DNA of 64,000 bases from NCBI GenBank assembly GCA_965603825.1, contig CBFDEM010000028.1, forward strand, positions 310,001 through 374,000, read 5' to 3'. The translations under genes and the position numbers were made by a program. Shown piece after piece: positions 49,401 through 62,500 of this stretch; within the stretch, counting starts at the first letter, position 1; each line of letters opens with the position of its first letter. The stretch is from Blepharisma stoltei ATCC 30299. Lineage: Eukaryota; Protista; Ciliophora. The notes under the pieces are model-generated. The model had not been told where the DNA came from. It worked only from the letters and a program-made list of their open reading frames with translations, and searched no databases.

Positions 49401-51887
49401 TAGGATTTCACCATTATTTGGATTTCCAAGGGAGTGGGTTTAATTTTAGGGAAAGCATGCTAATGCTGTGCATGAAATATTTGCAGCTAAATGAAGCTAC
49501 CCAAGATTTACTTTATTTGAGATCAGAAATGGTGTGGGAAGATAGATGGGAAGCAAGCAGTTACGGGCTAGAATGCAGCAGCTCACTTATACAGAATAAT
49601 GTAAAACTAGATTTCAATAGAGTTTTTGAAGTTGCTATTGCAAAACTGCCAAGTCAAGACGCAGTGGATTACTTCCTTGATTTGCTGAGTTTTGGCTATG
49701 GGGCGTATTTTTTGGTTCTTGCAGAAAATTTGATATATGAGTTGTTTATAGTTTTCGATGAGTGAGACAGCTGGAAAAATAAAGAAGAATTAAAAAAATT
49801 TGAAGAAGTAATTGAAAGTCTACTTATCATTGAAGCAAATAAAAATATGCAAAAATCAATAGAAATGTTGAAAGCAATAATTACAAGTGTCGAAGCTGAA
49901 ACTGCAAAAGAAGAAGCGCATGGTCTTTCGTCTCATGATGATAGAGAAACTACGAAAATTTCAATCTACAAGCATCATTTTACTCATTATTCTAAAACTT
50001 TGGCCTTAAAGTTTCTGATATTTTTGATTTCCACTTACCCAAATGCTTTGCCAGTAGAAGAATTAATCAACCTTGGCTGCCATTTAGCCTCAACTGAGTC
50101 AGAATCTCTTAAAATTTTAGGTCTAAAACTAATAAGGAAAATTTACAAGGTTTGTGGACATATAAAAGATGATGAAGACCCAAATAAACTTATGATAGAG
50201 CTGTATGAAGCCCAAGTAAGCGCCATAATTCGAGAATGTATTAATTCAAAGAATATCAATATAGAAATTCAAGCAAATAAACTTTTATTGCAATTTTTAA
50301 TTACTCCAGGAACACAAGAGACTTCTGTTGTTAATAAAATTCTTGCGCCTTTGGTATCTGGACTTAGCGAAACTCCAAAAAGTAATTTTTATTTAGTTGC
50401 CCAAGTGGAGGGGTATAGCGACCATACATGTGCAAAATTATTTTTATCAAAATTAGTTACTCTGTCAAAACTACTATTAGACACTCCACACTTTATTCAA
50501 AGTTTGCTATTAGCGTAATTTCTTATTTAGCCAAAAATCCCTTCTGATTGCAAATTTAAATGCAATTGTCACTGATATGAGTGTCATTTTTACACAGCCA
50601 AAACTAACACTTAAATCATATGAATTTGTTTTAGGTCATCAAGTCGTTGACCAAGATCATCCCAAAATGGGCAAGATTGAAGTTTTGGTATATGCCTTAG
50701 CTTATTTAGCTGATTCTGAGTCACCTTATCTAGCAATGCTTATTGCAGATATTTATATTTTTTTATTTTTACCATACAATGCAAGTAGAGAATCAGCGCA
50801 GTTTAAAAATCAATTAGAAGTCGATTACTTCATGCATCGTCGCAAGCAGATACTTAAGGCTTTGCAGTTAATCATAAGCTATATTAAGGACTCTCGAGTA
50901 ATTAAAGAAGTCATAAGTGGATTGGAGCTGTGTGCAAAAGTTCCTGACATAGAGCACAAAAAAATAGTATTGAAAATTTGTAGTGGAATTTGTAGTGATG
51001 ACGCAGAAAATGTAAAAACAATAGAAAAATTAATAACAGTTATAAAAGAAATGCACAAAGAAATAGAAAAAGAGTGTATGGAGTCATGAAGCTGGTGCGC
51101 GATACAGTACTCAGAGATTCTCCAAAATGAAGGGCTAGATGAGCATACTGATGTAACTCAGTACATGAAAAATATGGCAATATTTTTTGAAGAAGCTATC
51201 AAAGGAAATTATATTGAAATTGTAAAGGAGACTATTGAAAAAATATGAACTCAGGCAGAGACTTTTGAGGACTTTAAGGGAAAAATTGCAAATAAAGTGA
51301 TTGCGAGTTTAATAAAGATTGAAAACTATGAAGTTGTGATAGATTTTCTTGTGAAAAGAAATATTGAAGATTTATCATATTTTTCAGGAGCAATTAATGA
51401 ATTAGGAGAAATTTTAAGGGAATTTTCTCAAAGATCAATAAAAATCACCTCTCATTTATCACAATTTATAGCGACCTCTCCGCCTGTTTTACCTCATTTA
51501 ATTCCTCATATATTTTCAATATTCCAATTAAAGAAAAATTCAGAGTTTTCTACTTATGAAACAAACATGCAAAGCGAAGCATTAAAAATATTGCTTTTAC
51601 TCTTCAAAAATAGCCCAGATAAGAACAAAGCACTCCGCTCAATCATCCCTATGATTCTATCTCTATATTCCTCACAAACAACACTGCCACTAATAAAAAC
51701 TGTAACAAAAGCCCTCCAGCATCTAGCAGCAACATGCTCAGCAGCATTTAAAGAAATTATTTTAAGCTTGCCAGACCACGAAAAAAAGTTCTTGGAGAAA
51801 CAACTCATATCTTCTCAACAAGTCGGGCCTGCTGTTGCCAGCTCCCAGCCAACCATAACATTGCAATTAAAGCTTAAAAAGCCATAA
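46432..51887 (+). CDS. HEATR5: HEAT-repeat protein HEATR5/Laa1-like (AP-1 accessory)
   Basis: About 1800-aa helical frame joined by TGA(Trp) at 47192, 47444, 48215, 48725, 49763, 51087, 51246; 'GNSLALATII..GIP', 'EAGWILVEALMHLGPSWV', 'ELYEAQVSA'; introns 50382-50396 (probable) and 50515-50530 (16 nt); +1 frameshift at T8 46601-46608. Confidence 0.8.
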
Positions 51888-51899
51888 TAATATTTATAC

Positions 51900-52436
51900 T
51901 TAATGAGTATATTTAGGTCCATAAATTTCTTCATCTGAAGATGTATCAATTTCATTTTCTAGCTTAGGAGTCTTTATAACTATTTTAAGCATTTCCATTT
52001 TAGCTTTGCTAATTTCATGCTTTTGCAGCTCAGTTGGAATTCCAAATGCAATTCGTAGGGAATGCCTGATCATAGGAATTTCGGTGCTTTTTCTTTCAAC
52101 TTCTTTTTTTAGAGTTATGACAGCTTTCTTTTTAGCAAATAAATGAGGTTTATATTTCGGTGTGAAATCATTAAATTGGGACTTAGAATTCATGAGTTTT
52201 CTGAAACTCGAAACATTTGCAAGCCTATCCTTACTTCGTATTAAATCATGCGACAAATTTATAGAAGATTGCTGCTTTCTCATTGCGGTTGTAGCTGGTC
52301 TTTTCAATTTTGTGCTAACTCTTTCATTTCTTCTGTGCTCAATTTTATTATTCAGCTGATTTTGGAATAGGTTAAGAGGCTCAAAGGTAAATAGTTTTGA
52401 ATTGGACTTATAAATCTGTGACAAAGGAACGTCCAT
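51900..52436 (-). CDS. hypothetical basic protein
   Basis: 178-aa ORF. Confidence 0.6.
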   Translation of the reverse strand: MDVPLSQIYKSNSKLFTFEPLNLFQNQLNNKIEHRRNERVSTKLKRPATTAMRKQQSSINLSHDLIRSKDRLANVSSFRKLMNSKSQFNDFTPKYKPHLFAKKKAVITLKKEVERKSTEIPMIRHSLRIAFGIPTELQKHEISKAKMEMLKIVIKTPKLENEIDTSSDEEIYGPKYTH

Positions 52437-52476
52437 CCTGAATATATTTAAAATTAAATTATTTTATTGCAAAACC

Positions 52477-53817
52477 TTAATAGTTTTCCACCAGTTTTTT
52501 AATGACTGTTGGGTTGCTACTTTTTTCAATCAAAATTTGGAGCTTTCGAGCTTTTTCTTTTTCTATTGCAGCGCTATAAGCTTTTCCTCGCTTGTCTTCA
52601 TTATTTTTCTCTTTTTCTACTTTAAGCTCATCCAAGCGTTTATTCATGTTTGCGTGCTTTTCCAATCATTTTTCTTTTTTTGCTAAATCCATCCTTCTTT
52701 TTATAGCGGCGTTCTCTAGTGTTCCTTCTTCTTTCAACCTTAATTTTTCATATTTATATTCTAAATCCTTTTGGAGCTCTTCCTTTTTCTGCTTAATTGC
52801 TTCAAAACTGGTCTCTAGTTTATTTTGTATTTGCCTGATCCTATCTCTTTCTTTCTTTTCCTCTTCAATTAAATTTTGTTTAATTTTCGCCTGCTTATTT
52901 AATATTTTTTCTTGTTGGCTCTTCAATTTTTGATTATTTCCTTCAAGTATTTTTCCTCTTTTTTCTTCATGCTCCTGAGCTTTATTTATGATTTTTTTTA
53001 CATGATCAGTATCTTTTTCTTCCTTCGATATATTTATTGTATTTAGATGATTTTCAACCCTTTGTGTGTGCGATGACATTTTTTCAGTTTTTGTTTTCAG
53101 CATCTGCTCATGCAGCTCTTTTGATTTTACAATTTTGAAATTAAAATTTTGCATTTTCTCCTGCAGTTCTTTTTCTTCTTTCTTTTCTCTTTCTTCTTTT
53201 GTCTTAATAAACTCATTTCATCGAGCCAAGGTGGTATCTTTAATAATATCATGGTTTGTTTTTGGTGACCTGCTCATGTGATCATGCGCTCTTGAATTTC
53301 AGTTTTTCCTCTGCTGGATTTGCTCAGTCATTAGTAATTTCAATCTTTCTTCTTGTGCAGCTTTCTTATTCCCGTGAATTTGCTTTTTCTGGTCAATTTC
53401 ATGTTTAATTCTTTCATCAACAAGAGATTTTCTGTTTTGCTTTTTATTAGTATTTTCAGCTAATTCTCGCCGTTTTAGCTCCTCGTCGATTTTTTGTGAG
53501 AGAAGAGACTTGTGACGCTCTCTGGATTTTTCTTTTTCAGCGTTGCTGGGGGATTGAGAGCTACGAGTGTTTTGAGAAGAAGCAGATCGTTGATGCTCTA
53601 AGTTGTTTTCTTTTATAAAGGCTTGTATTGCAGTAACAAGACCGTTTAATTTTTGCTTATAATGCTCATAGCGAAGTATTTGGATTTGTTCAGTTATCTC
53701 TTGGCTCTGAAAATCAGAAAAAGAACGAACGAGCAGGTCATCTTTTTTGATGCCTAAAGTTTTCATTGCTTCACGAATCCTTGGATTATTGATGTCGAGT
53801 CTATATGTGCTTTCCAT
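52477..53817 (-). CDS. charged coiled-coil protein
   Basis: Three in-frame ORFs joined via TGA(Trp) at 53299, ~53218 and 52666. Confidence 0.75.
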
Positions 53818-54368
53818 ATTAACGTAATAAATCGAGATTGAAGAGTGTAGAAGAGTCGAGTAATTAAAAATTTATAAAGCACGAAATATTTTATATTCTT
53901 ATTAAACTTATAATGAGCTGCTTAAATTTCAGCTTAATTATTGGATCTGATCTGATATTTTTCTATCATACTGAAAATTTATTTTAAGATTATCTTCGAT
54001 TATGTGCAGTTAATAATTATTAATCCGAAATAAACACAGATGCAGCTTTCTTGATATTTCATAATTTTTAAATTGTTTATAATTATTGTGATATATGTAA
54101 TGAAAAATCCTGAGAGAAAGTTACTATTAATTAAGATTTCTTAAAGAGTTTTATCTACCCTCCTTATATAGCCATGAAAAAATTTTTACTTATTAAAAAA
54201 TACTTCAGTGTGCTTTTTTTATACCATTGTCGCCCTTTATGCCTTATTTTTGAAAAAATGCTCCATAAAGCCTAAAGGAATTTAAAATTTCATTAAGTAT
54301 CCATTATAAACAATTAGCACATAGCCATTTCTTTTAAATTTTCCACTAAATCATCAAAACCATATTAT

Positions 54369-54908
54369 ATGTTAATCTATCTTTCCCTTCTCATATTTCA
54401 AATTCCACAAGCCCAATCTGAGTGTAATCAAGTTTGCAGGCTGCTAAATGGCTCTCTAAATTGTTTGCACAACTCAAAAGACACAATTATAAAAACCCCA
54501 GAATCAATTCCAACCCACCCGAATCACATTATATGCAACACAGAGTGCGCTGAAAAATGCAAAAATCTGGCAGATAATGTCCTGATATCTTGTCTGGACT
54601 CCTGCGGATGTGGAAATCAGGGCACTGAAACTGATCTCTGCATACCCAAATGTTTGCATTTTTGCGAAGGTTTAAACTCAACCGACAACTGTTTCGATTT
54701 CTGCGCTGAGAATTTCTGTGTCCGGCCAATTGCTGCGTATTATGAAGAGGAGGAGGCAGATTGGCAAATATGAGTCATTATTGCAGCAGTTATCATCGGG
54801 GTCTGGATTTTCTGATTTGTTTATATGAGGACCTGTAGGAAGAATAGGTGCTGCTGTGGATATCAGGAAAGAAGAGAGTCATTAGCAGATTACATACCCT
54901 TGAGATAA
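54369..54908 (+). CDS. small Cys-rich type I membrane protein
   Basis: Signal peptide; CxxxC repeats; TM helix revealed by TGA=Trp (W-VIIAAVIIGVWIF-W-FVYM); tail RCCCG...YIPLR*. Confidence 0.8.
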
Positions 54909-55097
54909 TTACCCCTACTTATTAATATTTTATAATCATTATTTTATGAAGCTCAATAGCGAATTTACCTTAATTTTTATTGTTATTAGATTCATTGAGT
55001 TTTTGGTACCAGGATTTCAATATATCATTAATTAGAATTATTGGTTTTCTCTCCATTAATAGCATATCTTCAACTGCAATATAAGCCAGAATTATAA

Positions 55098-56360
55098 ATG
55101 AACTGCTTGAAACTGTGTCGACTTTTTTCTAAGGCACACAAACTTGCTGAGCCGATTGAGAACATTAAGTCAATGATTTTCACTATTGCAAACGATAGAC
55201 CAGGCCAGCTTAAAGACGCGCTTGAAGCCTTTGCAGCATATAACGTCAATATCTCTCACATCGCATCCAAGCCTGCTGAAATCCTTGACTTCAGAAAAGG
55301 CTATGATTTCAAGGTTGATATAGAAGTGAGTGATGAGGCCAAACTGAAAAGGGTGCTCAAACATCTAGACAAACTTGGATTTAAAACGACAATACTCAAC
55401 AGCAAACAAGTCCCTTGGTTTCCTAGGTCTTTTGAAGACCTGGATAGTCTAGATCAAGCCTGCATGGCAGCTGGTGCCGAATTAGAAAGCACGCATCCAG
55501 GCTTTAACGATCAAACTTATAGACAGCGAAGAGCTGAAATAGCAAAAGTTGCAATGGGATATAAGCTTAGCGACCCAAAAGTCCCAATTGTGCATTATAC
55601 TGATCAAGAAATCGAAACCTGGCAGACTGCATATAGAGCTTTGGATCCTTTGCACAAAGCCCATGCTTGCGATGAGTATAACACAGCTGTTGAAGAATTC
55701 AGAAAGCACTGTAACTTCCGAGAAGACAATATTCCTCAGCTGCAAGAGATAAATGAATATTTAATCCCTAAAACAGGATTTAGACTGAAGCCAATAACTG
55801 GCTTATTGACCCAGAGAGATTTTCTTAACTTTTTAGCATTTAGAGTCTTCGCTTCAACTCAATATATAAGACACCACTCAGTGCCTTTTTATACCCCAGA
55901 ACCTGATATCATTCACGAACTGATAGGGCATGCTCCATTATTTGCAGACCCAGACTTCGCTGATTTCTCTCAAGAAATTGGCCTAGCTTCACTTGGAGTC
56001 AGTGATGAAGAAATCGCTAAACTCGGGACTTGCTATTGGTATTCTGTAGAATTTGGCATAATTAAAAAGAAAAACGGAGAAAGAAAAGTGTATGGAGCTG
56101 GAATTTTAAGCTCAGTTGATGAGATTAAAAATGCAGTCTCTGATAAACCTGAGATCAGGTTTTTTGAGCCTCTTAAAGCAGCTCACGTTCCATTTCCAAT
56201 CACCTCTCTGCAGCCACTTTACTATTGGTCGAACAGCTTTGAAGAAGCTAAGATGGAAATGGAAGATTATGCTTGGAAAGTGCCAAGAGATGTTTCAGTT
56301 TCTTATGATAAGTTTGACCATACGATAAAGGTGCACCAAGACATTACCATGAAGAAGTAA
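55098..56360 (+). CDS. PAH: phenylalanine 4-hydroxylase (ACT + biopterin-dependent hydroxylase domain)
   Basis: ACT domain, 'VPWFPR', 'HPGFNDQTYRQRR', 'TQYIRHHSVPFYTPEPDIIHELIGHAP', 'YWYSVEFG', 'YGAGILSS'. Confidence 0.95.
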   Translation: MNCLKLCRLFSKAHKLAEPIENIKSMIFTIANDRPGQLKDALEAFAAYNVNISHIASKPAEILDFRKGYDFKVDIEVSDEAKLKRVLKHLDKLGFKTTILNSKQVPWFPRSFEDLDSLDQACMAAGAELESTHPGFNDQTYRQRRAEIAKVAMGYKLSDPKVPIVHYTDQEIETWQTAYRALDPLHKAHACDEYNTAVEEFRKHCNFREDNIPQLQEINEYLIPKTGFRLKPITGLLTQRDFLNFLAFRVFASTQYIRHHSVPFYTPEPDIIHELIGHAPLFADPDFADFSQEIGLASLGVSDEEIAKLGTCYWYSVEFGIIKKKNGERKVYGAGILSSVDEIKNAVSDKPEIRFFEPLKAAHVPFPITSLQPLYYWSNSFEEAKMEMEDYAWKVPRDVSVSYDKFDHTIKVHQDITMKK

Positions 56361-56411
56361 TAATTAAAATATTATTCGAGTCAAAATTATTGTTTACTTA
56401 TAAACTGTAAG

Positions 56412-57902
56412 CTAAAGCCAAGGTTTGCATTCTGATAATTCTCCGCTTATATTGAAAGATTTTTTATAGAAATTCATATCTTGATGATAAGCTCCAGGAC
56501 CTATTTCATCTGATGTACCTCTAGGCAACGTATAGTTTGCATACGAAGAAAATCGTTTTTCTGTATATTTATAAATTTTTGGCTTCTTATTATGAAAATC
56601 TTTATGATATTGTCCTGGCCCAGGACTTAAGTCTCTCCTATCTTGAAATCTAGGGCTTGAGCTATCAAATTTAAGCTCAGAATCATCTGCTCGCGTTTTC
56701 TTTACTTTTCAAGGCTGATGCCCAATATAAAATTCAGTAGAAATCTGTTCGCCACTGCATACCATATCTTTATCAAATCTTTGGGTATTGGATACAAGAC
56801 TTGATAGCCCAGTCTTCATTTGATTATCAGCTTTATTTTCATATGACCCAGGCCCTGGAATAATAGCTGGCTTTTTTTCTTTAAATCTTGGAGACTTTAT
56901 TCCAAAGGGATACAGATTTTCTTCATAATGACTAAAGCTAGAAAGTTCATACAGCCCAGGGCCTGGAACATATTCATTTGATGAGAGCTTAAAAACCCTT
57001 TTTTCAGTCGCATTAAAGCTTGGCCTATCATGCTCTTTTTTCTGCAAAAGAAGTTTTTTTCGTAATAGATCATTTTTGTGAGACTTTTCATAGTCATAAA
57101 TTCCTACAGGTGGAGAGATATTTTCATATGCATAAGGTCTATGTGGGTCATTTGAAAGCATCACATCTCTCTCCGTTGTGCTTCCAAAGCCTTCAGCTAA
57201 TGCTTTTGTTTGCTTTCCTGGCAATTGTGGACGATAAGTTCCAGGCCCAGGATTTTCTGATTTCTCAATACTTTTTCTTTTGACTTTTGACTTAAAAGTT
57301 CATGAGAGTTTTTTATTACTTTTTTGAGGGGAATCGTTATTATATTGTCCAGGGCCAGGAATTTCAGTATTGCTTGTAAATATTTCAGGTCTTGTGCTTT
57401 TATAGGCAGAAAAATCAGTTGTACGGGTTGATGGTTTTGTTTTGGAATATCTCGGATTATAGCTGAAGGGGCCGATTTCTTGATTTGGGGTCATTTTGGC
57501 AGGTATTGAAACTGGGCTTGGCTCTAAAATCAACGAAAGTGGCTTATGATTTTGTCTTCCCTTGTATGAAACTTTATGTTTTTCTTCAATTGCATAGCTT
57601 CCAGGTCCTGGATTTTCTTTAATTCCATCTTCATTAGGAAATTGGATCTCTCTTGGAATAGCAGAAAATGTGGTTACCCTGCTCTTCCTCATTTGTTTTA
57701 CTTTTTCATCATGTATATAAGATCCTGGCCCAGGATCGTTTTTCTTAGATAATGGAACGCTCAAAGATCTCATCTCGCTGCTCTTGAAAGGTGCTGTACA
57801 TTGCCGTGATTTTTTTGGTGTCAATACTTCATAAGCCCCTGGTCCTACTTTTGCAGGAGTTGGAATAACTCAATATTCAGTTTTTCGATTGAATTGACTC
57901 AT
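56412..57902 (-). CDS. sperm-tail PG-rich (STPGR/SHIPPO, ODF3-like) repeat axonemal protein
   Basis: About ten PGPGxY-type repeats; frame open via several TGA(Trp) including 57300 and 56709. Confidence 0.88.
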
Positions 57903-58046
57903 TTTAATAACTGAATAAACTTTTCATTTATCATTAACAAATATAATTATTTTTAAGGATTTGAACAAGCTTAAAATATTAATTGTTATATGCTTTATAA
58001 GCAATAAGAAATTATAAGGAAACATTTTTAATTAGACAATTTCATA

Positions 58047-58832
58047 ATGGAAAGTCCTGATTCACATCGCAGCTCAATCTGCAGTGATTCTTCCTACATG
58101 CCAAGCGGTACTCCTTCTATGTCAAATTCTCACTCTTTTGCAAGTGATGCTATGAGTTCTGATGGAAGTCGCCCGAACTCAGGCTTTCACCTCAATAAAA
58201 TCATCAATTCTGCAGAAGTCCAACGAGCCCTAGCTAAGCTGGCAAATCTTCGCGACAAATACGAGCACGAGCGCATTGCAACCTCTTCAGAATACGCATC
58301 TGTGCAGCTTCTCCATTCCCAAGTCAATACAAAACTTCAGCAGTACAATAAAAAAAAGCTGTCTTATAAGAAAGAAATTGAATTACTAAACACTGAAAAT
58401 GCTGAGCTGGAAACTGAAACTGAAGCCTTATTAGCTGAAATTGAAAAAATTGAGCTGGAAATCCAATATAATTCGATAAAAAAACAATCAATAAAAGAAG
58501 AAATAAGAGACATGCTGTCATCCTCAGATAGAAAAGAAATTGAAAAATTAAAAGATGATATAAAAAACTTAGAAATGCAGATAAAAGAATTAGAAACTTC
58601 AGATAGCCTGGTAGCTCCTAATGATTCAATTGCAGAACTGAATTTAGCAGAAGAGGAGCAGCTAAAATCAACAATTTCTCAGCTAAAAAATCAAATAGAT
58701 GAAGCTAGCCAGGAGCAAAAAATATTATCAAGAAAAATTGAAGAATCAAAGGCCAAAGAAGAAATTTTAAATGCGAAACTTTCGGTACTGACGTCCCAGG
58801 TTCTTGGAAACCGACCAAGTTTAATGAAATAA
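58047..58832 (+). CDS. Ser-rich coiled-coil protein
   Basis: 261-aa ORF. Confidence 0.7.
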   Translation: MESPDSHRSSICSDSSYMPSGTPSMSNSHSFASDAMSSDGSRPNSGFHLNKIINSAEVQRALAKLANLRDKYEHERIATSSEYASVQLLHSQVNTKLQQYNKKKLSYKKEIELLNTENAELETETEALLAEIEKIELEIQYNSIKKQSIKEEIRDMLSSSDRKEIEKLKDDIKNLEMQIKELETSDSLVAPNDSIAELNLAEEEQLKSTISQLKNQIDEASQEQKILSRKIEESKAKEEILNAKLSVLTSQVLGNRPSLMK

Positions 58833-58850
58833 TTTTGTAATTTTTTTAAT

Positions 58851-59507
58851 ATGGGAAATTTCTGCGCAAGAAGTGATGCTGATGACTCTGTGACTCGTCC
58901 AAAATTTAACATAGGCAAAGATTACCGCGAGATAGAAGGTCAAGCTTCAGGTGAAGGGATTAAAAAAACGATCGCTTGAAAAGCCTCTATTACCCGTCCT
59001 CAACTTAATTCAAAGCGAGAAGAATTCTGAAGAACAAGGACTACAGGGAGAAGGAGCACCTGGCTTGCTATAAAAAGTGCTGTAGAAGCAGATCACGCCA
59101 CAGCTGCTGTTCTGCTACAAATGGCTGGGATTACGTGCAGAGATGGCTGCATTACTGTCTGTGAAGACGCTAATGGAAATATCTACGATATCCCTCCTTT
59201 TATAATAAATGACCCTGTCGCCTTTGTGAATGAAAAGAAACACCGGGTAAACAGGCCCACAATTGTCGAGCATGAACTTTTAAAACTGAAACTGAGAAGA
59301 CCTGGGAAAGCTCAGGATGTAGAAATAGAAATTGAAAGCCAAAACCTTGTGAGTCTACTTAAAGAGGAATACTCAAAAAAAGAAGGAATCCCAGCTGCAG
59401 ATGTTAGAGTCTTTTTCGGAGGAAAAGAGCTAAAAGACGAGAACACTTTGCTGAGTTATTATATAACCAACGACATGGTTTTGATGGTCTTTTTAAAGCA
59501 AAGTTAA
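58851..59507 (+). CDS. UBTD: ubiquitin domain-containing protein (UBTD1/2, DC-UbP)
   Basis: MGNFC start; 'QLNSKREEF-W(TGA)-RTR..GRRSTWLAIK', 'DANGNIYDIPPF', C-terminal ubiquitin-like domain 'VFFGGKELKD'. Confidence 0.9.
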
Positions 59508-59522
59508 GCATTTTATCATTAT

Positions 59523-62500
59523 TTACGTTTTTTTCTTGAAGAACATCTTTTTTATTGATGAAGATTTTTTAGAGGATTTTTGAATTTTGCGTTTTTCTTC
59601 AATTTCTTCAACTTTGTCTTTTGGTATCCCCAGAATTGAAAAAATCACTTTTAAGCTTCCTTCAATTTCTTGTGATTGTATTGGCAGAATTTCAGCCATG
59701 TTAACTACAACAGATAGCAAGCTTTCAATATTCCCGCTATCAAATTTTGTTTTGCCTTGTGCATTGATTTCTTCATGTAGTAGTCTTAGCTGCTGCTCTT
59801 GGAGCTTTAATGTATTTTCTAAGTCATGGTTCTCTTCTTCGAGCCTCTTTATCGTTGCATAGAGTGTCTGAGCTTCATCCGCATTAAAATTGACTGATCC
59901 TATATCAAATGACCTGTCAGTGTTATCACTTTTCTCTTCTATTGGCAGCTCATCGCGCGAAAGGTCTATATCATGAATCGTAAAAGATTCAAGATTCATG
60001 GTCCTATCCATAAATCCTATTGATTTGCTTAAAGTAGACTCGGTTTTATTTTTTTCTGATACCAAAAAGGTTATGACTTCAATTAAATTCATGTTTGAAA
60101 GCTCAGCTGGGATTATTTCTTCTATTTGCTTCACAAGCTGGAAATAAAATTCTCGGTCCCTAAGCCTTTCTGAGAGATTTTCGTTTTCTTTTTGAAGATT
60201 TTCATAGGCGTCGTTGAGATTTTGCATTTGGAAAATAAAGTCATCTTCTTCAATAGGAGGGATTGATGAAGAAAAAGGCATGTCAGTCAGATTTTGTTCT
60301 TCTACCCAGTAAGAATCTTTACTGTCATTTCCTACTAGACACCAGATTGTGGTTTCATATCTCACTCTTTTTAGTATTTTTACGCTTGATTTTATGTTTG
60401 ATAGCAAAGCTGATGGAGAAACCTTGATATCTTCTTCGTTTTCAAGACGGGATATCACTGTATGCTCTGGACTTAAAAGGCCAGATAGATTTGACGGACC
60501 TTCTGAGGATGTTTTTGCTATCTCCTTCTTGAATAGATCAATTTGAAGCTGAAATTGCTCTTTTTCAATCATTAAATCTGCATTATTCCCATCTAAAACT
60601 TCAATTGTGTGCAATAATGAAAGCTTTTCTTTTTCCAAATGATTTGCCCTGCCTTCTAGCTGCGCAACCATTCCCTCCGTTATCTCTTTTTCGTTCCTTA
60701 ATTCAGAGAGCTCTTTTTCTTTTTCCTTAATTTGTTTATCGAGTCTTTCAATCATGACAGAGTCTTTGCTATTTCTATAATATTCTATTTCTGATTCCAA
60801 TGTTTTTATGACATTCATGTGTTCCTCATCTTTTTGAGTCATCAATTCTTGAATTTTTGATGTTTTTGACTGCAAAGCTGAGAGAGATGATTTTAATTCT
60901 TCATTTTCTGACTCTAACTCAGCCATTGCGATGTCATTATTTTTCTTTAGCTCAGTAATTTCTTCTTGTTTGTCCTTGATGCATTTTTCAAAATCTTCAA
61001 GAAGTTTCATAAGTTCTTGAGAGGTTTCTGTCAAGGCTTCATCTTTTTTTAAATAATCTGACTGAAGATTGGCGTTTTGAGACTTCAGGTCGTTTATTTG
61101 AGATTTATAGTTTTGGATTTCAAGCTTATAATGGTCAATCTGGGATTTAAAATCTTCTTTTTCAATGCAAGATGAGTCGTGGGATTCTTTTTCTTCAAAA
61201 TATTTTTCCTCTAGGTCGTTAATTAGATTGGTTTTATGTTGAAGGTCTTGTTGAAGCTTGATATTTCCGTTTTCGACGGTAATTACCTTGCTTTCGAGAA
61301 ACTGGACTTGAGAAATTAGTTCGTTGATTTTTTCTGAGGAATTCGCTTGCATTTGTTTTGTTGACTCATTCAAACTTTTATTGGCTTGGTCAAGATCCTG
61401 CTTTAATTTTCTTGATTTTTCTAGCTCATCTTGGTATTTTTCAGTTAAATCTTCTATATCATTCTTATAATCATTAATTTCATTTTGAAGATCATCTATA
61501 GTTCTTTCATATTTTTCATTGATTTGGGCTATGTCTTTCTTCAATGAGTTAATTTCGTTTTTCAAGTTTTCATTATGAGCTCTTGCGGATTCTAAATCAT
61601 ATGAAATCTGGGAATTTTGCTGATTTTGGGTTGAGGAAGATTTTTCTAAATACTCAATATTCTCCATAAGCTCATTTAATTCTTTTGTCAGGATATTAAT
61701 TTTGTCTTGATTAGAAGCTTCTGAGGCAGATTTTTCAGAAATTATACTTTGAAGACTAGATATTTGTGATGAAAGCTCATCGTTTCTATATTAATATTAC
61801 TTTTGTTCATATTCTGAGCAATTTTTTGTGATTTGATTTAGTTGGTCCTTGTAGTTACTTAATAAAAGAGATTTTTCTTCGAGCAAATCGTTTAATTCTT
61901 TTAGAGAGCCTTCGAGGATTATTTTAGATTCTTCGATTTCCTCAATTGCTTTTGATTTCTCTTCAATTTGATCTTGCAATTTCTTAAGAATTTCATTCTT
62001 TTCGCTATCGGAATAGTTAAATTCATTAAGTAAATCGCATTTTTCTTTTAACTGTCCTTCTATTTCTTTGATTTGCTTATTCCTTTGAGTCTCAATTAAT
62101 TTAGACTTGCTAATTTCCTCCTTTAGCTGCTCTTCTAAGCTCTTAATCTGATCATTTTTTTGAGTTGCAGCTAATTGTGCCTTATTGATTTCCTCTTTCA
62201 ATTGATCTTCCAAAGTTTCAATTCTTTCATTTTTCTGAGTTTCAACTAGCTTTACTTGGCTGCATGCTTCATTTTTTTCCTTTTCAGTTAAACTGAGCTT
62301 TAAGCTTAATTCTTCTATTTCTCCACATAAAGCTCTCTTTTCATCTTCTAGTTGCTTATTTCTTGTAGTTTCATTTGCTAGCAATGAGTCATTTAGATAT
62401 TTCACTTCATTCTCAAGCTCTATGATTATATTTTCCTTTGATTGTGAGTCCTCAAGAAGTTGAGGCAAAAAGTTCTTCAGTTCTTCTATTTCTTTTATTT

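Noticed and set aside
55098-56360. Tryptophan hydroxylase for pheromone (gamone 2) synthesis
   Set aside because: Specificity positions are PAH-type (GLLT rather than GYLS; YWY rather than YFF), so it is called PAH.
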